In this document: in pieces, positions 1 to 4,972 of the stretch
How the letters are laid out: the number at the start of each line of letters is the position of its first letter
Numbering within the stretch: position 1 is the stretch's first letter
Source: a virus
DNA: 5,694 nucleotides
IMG/VR virus record: IMGVR_UViG_3300045988_151390
Location: 1 to 5,694 of that record
Direction: 5' to 3' (one strand)
Notes under the pieces: model-generated
Told to the model about the DNA's origin: nothing
Databases searched by the model: none
Seen by the model: the letters and a program-made list of their open reading frames with translations, nothing else
Program-made: the position numbers and the translations under genes

Positions 1-1
1 A

Positions 2-25
2 TTTTTTTTTTTTTTTTTCTTTTTT
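2..25. repeat. Homopolymeric T17-C-T6 tract (poly-A on the minus strand) in the intergenic region between the two divergent promoters
   Basis: Counted directly from the sequence; the same tract recurs at 5577-5600. Confidence 0.9.
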
Positions 26-82
26 GCCGGCAGGCGCCACGTTTAGTCACGCGATAGCGTCTCCACCGCGTCCCCCGTCCCC

Positions 83-101
83 GCAAGGGCAAAGCCCTTG
101 C
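83..101. other. Perfect 8-bp GC-rich hairpin gcaagggc-aaa-gcccttgc in the GC-rich intergenic region; candidate origin or packaging-signal structure
   Basis: The 83-90 arm is the reverse complement of the 94-101 arm, with a 3-nt loop. The hairpin sits in a GC-rich non-coding stretch (roughly 30-190) that holds several smaller GC palindromes: acgc-gata-gcgt, gccg-tga-cggc, cggc-ggga-gccg. Confidence 0.4.
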
Positions 102-162
102 CCTTTCTAAACAGGCTGGTAGGGGCTTCCGATACGTAGTTACTGCCGTGACGGCGGGAGCC

Positions 163-197
163 GGTGGGCGTGCGTGTAATACGCCCACCTTTTTTTA
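163..197 (+). terminator. Perfect 9-bp stem (ggtgggcgt / acgcccacc, 9-nt loop) followed by T7; terminator-like or minus-strand-origin hairpin just upstream of the rep promoter
   Basis: Inverted repeat at 163-171 / 181-189 followed by tttttttactttttttt. It could insulate rep from read-through around the circle, or act as an origin hairpin on the ssDNA. Confidence 0.4.
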
Positions 198-250
198 CTT
201 TTTTTTACTTTCCTCTTGACAGCTCCTTCATATTGTGGTAACATTTAGCC
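190..250 (+). promoter_or_regulatory. Sigma70-like promoter for rep. It has upstream T-tracts (T7-ACT-T8-ACT, UP-element-like), -35 TTGACA (216-221), a 17-nt spacer ending in TGG (an extended -10 TGn), and -10 TAACAT (239-244)
   Basis: Consensus -35 with an exact 17-bp spacer. The -10 matches at 4 of 6 positions and carries an extended -10 TG. It sits about 35 nt upstream of the rep RBS. Confidence 0.5.
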
Positions 251-276
251 ATGGAAATGAAAGGTGGTTTCCTCAT

Positions 277-1413
277 ATGAAAACGGTTGTTAAACTTGAT
301 TATGCCACGTTTGCTTTTGAGCAAGGTTCGATTTCTATTTCTATAATCGAAGATGCGCTTGCTCAGTGCGATTTACATTTTTCGCAGACTTCCAACGCAA
401 GTGAGAATTCCCCATACAATTCGCCTGCGGGTCTTTTCTTTAAGCCGAATAACGGCGCGAAACAGTCTCCGCACTCTTTGCAAGTGTCCGGTCATGGTTG
501 TGAGCTTTTCCGTCCCACATTGCCGCGGCTCGCGTCACTGATGCAGGATGGTCATGAATTCGGTCACTTTTCCCGTCTTGACTTTTGCTTTGATGTTGTT
601 ATGACAAAGCAACGGTGGCGCGAGTTCTATCTGGGTGTTATTTCTGCTTCTGTTGATGAAATGAATTACCCTGAAAAAGCCCGTAAGGTTCGCAAGGTCA
701 TGTATCAGGGCTATGGCGATTCTACTACCGTCTATATCGGTCGTAGAACGTCTTCCGCGGTCTTCTGCCGCATCTATAATAAATCCCTTCAAGACCCCGA
801 AAAAAAGCTTTGTGTGGCTTCTGGTGAGTTTCTGGACTGCCCTGATGATTCCTATATCATTCGTTATGAGATGGAATTGAAATTTACTTCTCGTGTTCGT
901 TCTGGTTCTCGTTCCGTTTATGACCCGTCTCCGCTTTTCTGGTTTTACTATGAAGACCCTGAGAAGCTTTTCGCCTATCTTCGTAAAGTTTGGAATCGTT
1001 ACGGAAATGATACTCTTCTTCCCGATGGCTGGGACGATATGCAGTTCGTGACCGATATTGTAGCCCGTGGCATTCATTACACTGATGACTTTTGGCATCC
1101 CCTTAGCGATGACCTTGCTCAAAAGTTCTCCGTTTCTATCCATACCGAAGAACAAAAAATGTCTTACGTTGCTAACGTCTTCGGTCATAGGATTATTGAT
1201 ATTCTTCTTTATCGTCCTGAGTTGCTTTTCCTCGCTTGTTGTAAGTGGGAGCAGTATTATAATGAGCGTCTTTCGTTCTCCCCTCTGGAGCTTACACAGG
1301 AACTTGCGCAGTTCTCGGAATCCTCCCGCATTGCCGTTGAGGAATTTGAAGAACTTGCTGATGACCCATCTCCCTTTAGTGAAGTCGGGTTTGATGATAT
1401 ATCTTTATTCTGA
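277..1413 (+). CDS. Rolling-circle replication initiation protein of filamentous phage (gII / RstA analogue, Rep_trans-like)
   Basis: Longest ORF in its region. The ORF track begins at GTG 235, but ATG 277 (MKTVVKLDY...) is preceded by AAAGGTGG (260-267) at a 9-nt spacing. Motifs: N-terminal VKLDYATFAFE, HEFGHFSRLDFCFDV, VYIGRRTSSAVFCRIYNK and IRYEMELKF. From memory these resemble the conserved RxYNK/RxYDK and E-L-K motifs of the pT181 RepC / CTXphi RstA (Rep_trans) family. It is the first gene after the intergenic region and is followed by an SSB gene, as in inoviruses. Confidence 0.8.
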   Translation: MKTVVKLDYATFAFEQGSISISIIEDALAQCDLHFSQTSNASENSPYNSPAGLFFKPNNGAKQSPHSLQVSGHGCELFRPTLPRLASLMQDGHEFGHFSRLDFCFDVVMTKQRWREFYLGVISASVDEMNYPEKARKVRKVMYQGYGDSTTVYIGRRTSSAVFCRIYNKSLQDPEKKLCVASGEFLDCPDDSYIIRYEMELKFTSRVRSGSRSVYDPSPLFWFYYEDPEKLFAYLRKVWNRYGNDTLLPDGWDDMQFVTDIVARGIHYTDDFWHPLSDDLAQKFSVSIHTEEQKMSYVANVFGHRIIDILLYRPELLFLACCKWEQYYNERLSFSPLELTQELAQFSESSRIAVEEFEELADDPSPFSEVGFDDISLF

Positions 1414-1431
1414 TGAAAGGATGGTCGCTGT

Positions 1432-1674
1432 ATGAAAGTTACTGTAGTTGGTAAGTCCCGCCGCGCTGGTACATCTAAGCAGGGCAAAAACTATGATTTT
1501 ACTACTCTTATGGCCGAATATTCGATGCTTGCAAACGCTGACAATGATGGCGTACAGGTTGATAGAATCAATGTTGACGCTCTCATGATGCCGTATGCGC
1601 TCATTGTCGTTGGCGCTATGTATGACCTTGACTTTGACCGCAACGGATATCTCCTTGGAATTGAGGAAGTCTAA
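1432..1674 (+). CDS. ssDNA-binding protein, gene V-like (80 aa)
   Basis: SD GAAAGGATGG lies 7 nt upstream of ATG 1432, which comes 18 nt after the rep stop. Size and position match gV. The segment KSRRAGTSKQGKNYDF resembles the DNA-binding wing of M13 gVp (TTRSGVSRQGKPYSL, recalled from memory). Confidence 0.8.
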   Translation: MKVTVVGKSRRAGTSKQGKNYDFTTLMAEYSMLANADNDGVQVDRINVDALMMPYALIVVGAMYDLDFDRNGYLLGIEEV

Positions 1675-1710
1675 CTTCCTTTGTTCAAACCTAAATTTCA
1701 TTTCCTATGG

Positions 1711-1730
1711 GAGAGCTGTTCGCAGCTCTC
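1711..1730 (+). other. Perfect 8-bp hairpin gagagctg-ttcg-cagctctc with a UUCG tetraloop, 4 nt upstream of the tRNA 5' end
   Basis: Exact inverted repeat with no downstream U-tract, so it is not a classical terminator. It may be an RNA processing or stability element, or a DNA hairpin on the ssDNA form. Confidence 0.6.
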
Positions 1731-1734
1731 ACAT

Positions 1735-1808
1735 GGCGGGGTGGTGCAATGGTAGCACGTCACGCTCTGAACGTGAAACTGCTGGTTCGAATCCAGACCC
1801 CGCAACCA
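1735..1808 (+). tRNA. tRNA-Gln(CUG)-like gene with encoded CCA
   Basis: Hand-folded cloverleaf. Acceptor is 1735-1741 / 1798-1804 (6 of 7 pairs, G1·A72 mismatch). U8 is at 1742. D-stem is gtgc / gcac (1744-1747 / 1755-1758) with D-loop aatggta (A14, G18, G19, A21 present). Anticodon stem is tcacg / cgtga, with loop ctCTGaa (U33, anticodon CUG, A37). Variable region is 4 nt. T-stem is gctgg / ccaga (4 of 5 pairs) with the canonical T-loop TTCGAAT (G53, T54, T55, C56, A58, C61). Discriminator is A1805 and CCA is 1806-1808. Confidence 0.7.
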
Positions 1809-1826
1809 AACGGATTTGACCTCCGT
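1808..1826 (+). other. Small hairpin aacgga-tttgacc-tccgtt directly after the tRNA CCA; a possible tRNA 3' processing or terminator-like element. Its loop contains a TTGACC -35-like hexamer, but no good -10 follows
   Basis: 6-bp inverted repeat seen directly; only a weak T-run follows. Confidence 0.3.
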
Positions 1827-1855
1827 TATTCGATGCCGTGAAAGGTGGTGGCGAA

Positions 1856-3034
1856 GTGAATAAAAAGTGTCGATGCTTCTTTAAGCGCTTCGCCGCCCTT
1901 GTCGCGGCTCTCTTTATCTCTTTTTCTCTTCCTGTTTCGGCTCTGGCTGCTTCTGACCCGGTAGCTGATATGCCATCTTTGGATGATTTCTATAATCATC
2001 ATGGGTCTTGGTATGCTTGGCGTAGTTTTAAAATGTCAGGTATCCTTTATTATGAGTTGCTTTGCTCCCCTCTTTCTGTTTCTGGTAGTTCTTATTCGTT
2101 ACCTTATTCCGTTTCATATGCTACTAACGCATTTGATGTTTCTTATATTGCTACTGATTCTGGCTTAACATATGATTATGCTTGCGCTTTTCCTCTTCCT
2201 CTCCGTGGTGCTTCTGGTTATTGGTACGAACTACCTTCTTTCCCTATTGGTTTGAGCACAAATGCTGATACTTGTCTTGTTCGCGTTTTTTCTACTGTTG
2301 ACCAACCTTCTGGTACTTACGGCTTTTTAACTTCTTCTTTTAGTCGTTCTGACCGTCTTCTTTCTTTCGGCAATACTGTTGGTTCTTCTTCTGGTTCTTC
2401 TACTGATACTTTGGATTCGTTTATTTTTTCATCTCCCTTTTATTCCTATCCTTTTGCTATTCGTCAAACTACTTCTTCTTCCGCAAGTGGTTATGTTTTA
2501 CAGGGCGGTGATAAAGGCTTTTTTGTTCCTTTGTCTAACTATTCACGTGCCCGCTATATTGACCTTGGAAGCACCCGTTTTCTTCGTGGTACTAATTCTT
2601 TCGTTGCTTATCCGTCTGGATACACTATTCCTTCTTCTGATATTGGTTTTGTTTTTGTTCAACAACCTTCTTCTTCTCCTGTCTATTCTGCTTCTGCTTT
2701 TGATACGACCGGGTCTTTCGCTTTTTCTCTTCTTGTTCCTGCTTCTCGTCTACATGACGTTAAACTTGGCGATTGGATATCTGATTCCCCAGAGGATTTG
2801 CAAGATGCGATAACTAATCAATTCGGCATTGATTCCGGTACTCTTAAAGATTCTCAAGATAAATTTAATTCTTGGAATTCTTCTTCTTCCGTTGATTCTG
2901 ATGTTGCTTCTGGTGCTTCTGGTCTTCTTGGCGGGCTTTTTCAGAACTTAGGTACATTCTTCTTTTCTGTTTCTCTCCTTTGCTTTGGCGCTGTTATTCT
3001 TCGAATGCTCATTAGAAAGGCGGTTGACGGATGA
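1856..3034 (+). CDS. Secreted Ser/Gly/Thr-rich minor coat / adsorption protein, pIII-like, with a C-terminal membrane anchor
   Basis: ORF 1838-3034. The likely start is GTG 1856, preceded by AAAGGTGGTGG (1841-1851); the alternative is GTG 1838. A predicted signal peptide MNKKCRCFFKRFAALVAALFISFSLPVSALA / ASDP has an AxA cleavage site. Long Ser-rich low-complexity linkers are present. The C-terminus LLGGLFQNLGTFFFSVSLLCFGAVILRMLIRKAVDG is a TM helix plus a basic tail, the same architecture as Ff pIII. It is the largest structural ORF. Confidence 0.7.
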   Translation: MNKKCRCFFKRFAALVAALFISFSLPVSALAASDPVADMPSLDDFYNHHGSWYAWRSFKMSGILYYELLCSPLSVSGSSYSLPYSVSYATNAFDVSYIATDSGLTYDYACAFPLPLRGASGYWYELPSFPIGLSTNADTCLVRVFSTVDQPSGTYGFLTSSFSRSDRLLSFGNTVGSSSGSSTDTLDSFIFSSPFYSYPFAIRQTTSSSASGYVLQGGDKGFFVPLSNYSRARYIDLGSTRFLRGTNSFVAYPSGYTIPSSDIGFVFVQQPSSSPVYSASAFDTTGSFAFSLLVPASRLHDVKLGDWISDSPEDLQDAITNQFGIDSGTLKDSQDKFNSWNSSSSVDSDVASGASGLLGGLFQNLGTFFFSVSLLCFGAVILRMLIRKAVDG

Positions 3035-3162
3035 CTTTTCTTGACTTCTTCATATCAGTTTTTAACTTTTTCGGTTCTGGTGGCGCTCTCGTCATTGCCG
3101 TTGTCGTTTTCCTTGTTGGTCTCGGTATTTATAAGTTTGTAAAGGATTGGTTACCATGGTAG
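3031..3162 (+). CDS. Small hydrophobic virion/membrane protein, 43 aa (coat or minor-coat candidate)
   Basis: ATG 3031 overlaps the upstream stop (ATGA), and AAAGG (3016-3020) lies upstream. The protein is MTFLDFFISVFNFFGSGGALVIAVVVFLVGLGIYKFVKDWLPW: an acidic N-terminus, one TM helix and a basic C-terminus, like class-II (signal-less) inovirus coat proteins such as Pf3. It falls below the ORF-track size cutoff. Confidence 0.55.
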   Translation: MTFLDFFISVFNFFGSGGALVIAVVVFLVGLGIYKFVKDWLPW

Positions 3163-3323
3163 ACTTTGTTTCGACTCTCGGTGTTGTAACATCGTTTATT
3201 GCGAATGTCCTTAACCTCCCTTTTTTCGGTTTTGGTACCTTCGGCACAGTTGTTCTTATTTTTCTACTGCTTTCGCTTGTTGGCTTTGTTCTCCGTGGCC
3301 TTTGGGATGGGGGTGATAAATAA
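3156..3323 (+). CDS. Small hydrophobic membrane protein, 55 aa (minor coat, pVI/pVII/pIX-like candidate)
   Basis: ATG 3156 overlaps the previous stop (ATGGTAG). SD AAAGGA (3141-3146) is at a 9-nt spacing. The protein is MVDFVSTLGVVTSFIANVLNLPFFGFGTFGTVVLIFLLLSLVGFVLRGLWDGGDK, with two hydrophobic segments. Its stop overlaps the next start (TAATG). Confidence 0.55.
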   Translation: MVDFVSTLGVVTSFIANVLNLPFFGFGTFGTVVLIFLLLSLVGFVLRGLWDGGDK

Positions 3324-3934
3324 TGGAGGTCCCTACTATCATTAAAACTTGGGTTGATTCTGACGGTGTGACTGTCTATACCGTCCAGTATAAAGATGGT
3401 AGTACTTGTGACATGACTGTCGAGCAGTATGATTATCTCAGAGCTTCGGCTCAGGCTGTCGTTGATTTGGACGCTAAATCGTCTGCTGAATCTCAGCCGG
3501 AAGCTTCTCCTGTTCCCGCTGAGCCTTCGCAGAACATTACCGAAAGTCCCGACCTCCGCGAAGGTTATGTGCCGCAGGAAGAAGAATTACCTTTCGAAGG
3601 GAGCTTGACCGCTTATGATGACCGCGCCGCAGATTCTCCGGCTCTGTATGCTAATCTCCCAAACGTCTCTAATAGTTTCACTTCTATTATGGATTGGTTC
3701 GGAGACACGTTTTTTATCGAACGTACTGAGACGGTGCACAAGTCCGGCTATACGTCTGAAAGGTACTCCTATAACTCTTCGACTCAACTTATTCAGCTCC
3801 CTTATGCGGAAGATTCCACTACTACTTCACAAGTTCTCAACCCGCAAGCTTGTGTTTCTGCTTTGCTTGTTGTCCTTGTCTTCGTTACTACTGTTACATG
3901 GATTAAAAACGCGATTTGGGGGCGCATGAGTTGA
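3323..3934 (+). CDS. Acidic Pro/Ser/Glu-rich protein with a C-terminal TM anchor (203 aa); putative minor coat, receptor-interaction or assembly protein
   Basis: ATG 3323 has SD GGTGA 6 nt upstream. The 203-aa ORF ends ...ACVSALLVVLVFVTTVTWIKNAIWGRMS (TM helix plus basic tail). The N-terminal 150 aa are acidic and low-complexity. Codon usage is visibly GC-richer than in neighbouring genes. No family was recognised. Confidence 0.65.
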   Translation: MEVPTIIKTWVDSDGVTVYTVQYKDGSTCDMTVEQYDYLRASAQAVVDLDAKSSAESQPEASPVPAEPSQNITESPDLREGYVPQEEELPFEGSLTAYDDRAADSPALYANLPNVSNSFTSIMDWFGDTFFIERTETVHKSGYTSERYSYNSSTQLIQLPYAEDSTTTSQVLNPQACVSALLVVLVFVTTVTWIKNAIWGRMS

Positions 3935-4047
3935 TGGTATTTCTACCTTTGCAGTATTGTTTCGGCATTTTTACTGTCCCCGAGATTGGTTATTTCATTA
4001 TTTTCGCTGCTGTATTATCTATGTTGGTTCTCCTGTTGCGTCCGTGA
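3934..4047 (+). CDS. Small hydrophobic protein, 37 aa (minor coat candidate)
   Basis: ATG 3934 overlaps the upstream stop (TGATG). The protein is MVFLPLQYCFGIFTVPEIGYFIIFAAVLSMLVLLLRP. The nearest SD-like run is weak (GGGGG, 12 nt upstream), so translation probably depends on coupling. Confidence 0.4.
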   Translation: MVFLPLQYCFGIFTVPEIGYFIIFAAVLSMLVLLLRP

Positions 4048-4146
4048 CAGGTTCCAAAATATTTTTTGAAAGGATGATGCTTTCAGACTCCTACCACTTC
4101 TATCATTGGTACGTTGCTTTCTCAGGTCGGCGAATTTTTCACTCAG

Positions 4147-4275
4147 ATGATTACTTGGATGGGTCAGCTGATTGACTTTTATGAGCAGCAGCCGATTCTC
4201 CTTGTCTTCGTTATTCTGATGATTGCAAGCATCGTGCTCCGTCTTCTCCGCCGTTGGATTCCTGGCCGCTCCTAA
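4147..4275 (+). CDS. Small coat-like protein, 42 aa; major coat protein (pVIII-like) candidate
   Basis: The protein is MITWMGQLIDFYEQQPILLVFVILMIASIVLRLLRRWIPGRS: an acidic N-terminus, a single TM helix and an Arg-rich C-terminus (DNA-contact-like), the classic pVIII layout. A strong intrinsic terminator follows immediately, as after gVIII in Ff phages. No clear SD is present. The reading frame is open from 4078, so the true start could be the upstream TTG at 4114. The region overlaps the doubtful TTG-start ORF 3957-4175. Confidence 0.45.
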   Translation: MITWMGQLIDFYEQQPILLVFVILMIASIVLRLLRRWIPGRS

Positions 4276-4281
4276 AAGTGA

Positions 4282-4330
4282 GAGAAAACGCCGCCGACCA
4301 TTTTAATGGTCGGCGACGTTTTCTCGTTTT
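4282..4330 (+). terminator. Long intrinsic terminator: 20-bp stem (one C·A mismatch, loop ttta) whose GC-rich upper stem is followed by UUUUCUCGUUUU; it abuts the ATPase start codon
   Basis: Each pair of 4282-4301 versus 4306-4325 was checked by hand. The T-rich tract 4319-4330 follows the stem. The hairpin is symmetric enough to work on either strand. Confidence 0.65.
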
Positions 4331-4972
4331 ATGAAAGGATTATATGCTATGCTTTATGGTATTCTCATCTTTTGTATTTGCTGGCTTTTTGTATATATCG
4401 ATAATTATTGCAAAAACTCCTACAAATTGGAAGCTGTTGTTGGTTCAAAAGGTTCTGGCAAGTCTCTGTATATGTCTCGTGTTGCTGATAAGTGGCTTCG
4501 TTCTAATAAGGGGCTTATCTATTCTAATATGGGTATTGGTTATGAGTTAGATCCGGAATACTGGAAACAGACTTTTCTCCCTGATTCCCTTATTCTTATC
4601 GATGAAATTGGTGTTTTGCACTCTAACCGTGACTTTAAGACTATGCCCCGCGAAGCTGTCGAGTTTTTCAAGATGCAACGCAAGTATCATTTGACAATTA
4701 TTGTATCGTCTCAGACTATGGACTTTGACAAAAAGATTCGTGACCTCTGCGACCGCATTTATCTTTGCAACCGTATCGGCTGGTTTTGCCGTCTCACTCC
4801 CTATCGCTCTTGCATCGCTATGGAACATCGCCCCGAGGGAGGGCAAGAACTTGTCAATACGGTGCGCAAGGCGGGACGGGCAAGATGGTATACTATCCCT
4901 AAGTCTGTGAAGCAGGTGAGCGCCTTAGAATACGATACGGAGCAGGTTATTAGCAAGACCTCCTCTAAATAA
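4331..4972 (+). CDS. Zot / pI-like phage assembly ATPase (P-loop NTPase), short form of 213 aa with an N-terminal TM helix
   Basis: Walker A is VVGSKGSGKS, and Walker B is the hhhhDE-type motif LILIDEIG. Both are typical of the Zot N-terminal domain of inovirus pI. An N-terminal hydrophobic segment (LYGILIFCICWLFVYI) precedes the P-loop. The alternative start ATG 4349 has SD AAAGGA (4334-4339) at a 9-nt spacing. Confidence 0.85.
   Translation: MKGLYAMLYGILIFCICWLFVYIDNYCKNSYKLEAVVGSKGSGKSLYMSRVADKWLRSNKGLIYSNMGIGYELDPEYWKQTFLPDSLILIDEIGVLHSNRDFKTMPREAVEFFKMQRKYHLTIIVSSQTMDFDKKIRDLCDRIYLCNRIGWFCRLTPYRSCIAMEHRPEGGQELVNTVRKAGRARWYTIPKSVKQVSALEYDTEQVISKTSSK

Larger units (their letters stand above)
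1..119. repeat. Terminal redundancy copy 1: bases 1-119 are identical to 5576-5694, the signature of a circular replicon (unit length ~5575 nt) linearised with wrap-around
   Basis: Read off directly. The A-T17-C-T6-GCCGGCAGGCGCCACGTTTAGTCACGCGATAGCGTCTCCACCGCGTCCCCCGTCCCCGCAAGGGCAAAGCCCTTGCCCTTTCTAAACAGGCTGG string occurs at both ends of the window. Confidence 0.9.

Noticed and set aside
163-189. Possible XerCD dif-like site (GGTGGGCGTGCG-TGTAAT-ACGCCCACC superficially recalls GGTGCGCATAA-TGTATA-TTATGTTAAAT)
   Set aside because: The two arms are perfect reverse complements of each other over 9 bp, making it a hairpin rather than a dif-type asymmetric site. The conserved XerD arm TTATGTTAAAT is absent. 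The only TTATGT in the intergenic region (5513-5518) lacks the rest of the site. No convincing attP was found.
535-1188. 217-aa ORF on the minus strand
   Set aside because: It lies entirely antisense to the rep gene, has no SD, and its composition is a mirror artefact of rep codon bias. Rep has clear motifs and good translation signals, so this is a spurious shadow ORF.
1067-1435. 122-aa plus-strand ORF and possible gX-like internal start inside rep
   Set aside because: The ORF is out of frame with rep and is hydrophobic junk from T-rich DNA. None of the in-frame internal Met codons of rep has a convincing SD, so an Ff-style gX cannot be supported from sequence alone.
1405-1701. 98-aa minus-strand ORF and 1595-1819 plus-strand ORF
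   Set aside because: The first is antisense to the well-supported gV gene. The second runs through the tRNA and its flanking hairpins. Neither has an SD.
1815-1844. Candidate promoter TTGACC-17-TGAAAG downstream of the tRNA
   Set aside because: The -10 hexamer matches only 3 of 6 positions and has no extended -10. It is more likely that the pIII-like gene is read through from upstream.
2379-2813. 144-aa Leu/Phe-rich ORF (also 1983-2168, 61 aa) in alternative frames of the pIII-like gene
   Set aside because: Low-complexity L/F runs result from reading the T-rich coding strand out of frame. There are no start signals, and both are fully embedded in a gene with signal peptide and anchor logic.
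3587-3929. Overlapping ORFs 3587-3787 (-) and 3615-3929 (+)
   Set aside because: They are embedded in or antisense to the 203-aa gene and have no translation signals. They are alternative-frame artefacts.
3957-4175. 72-aa TTG-start ORF overlapping the 37-aa and 42-aa small ORFs
   Set aside because: It has a non-ATG start and no SD. The internal ATG pair at 4074/4077 sits 0-3 nt from the GAAAGGA run, too close for initiation. The product is Cys/His/Tyr-rich with no membrane or coat-like character. It cannot be excluded, but the coat-like ORFs in the other frames are preferred.
4344-4910. ORFs 4344-4550 (+), 4547-4846 (-) and 4701-4910 (+)
   Set aside because: All are out-of-frame or antisense shadows of the Walker A/B ATPase gene.
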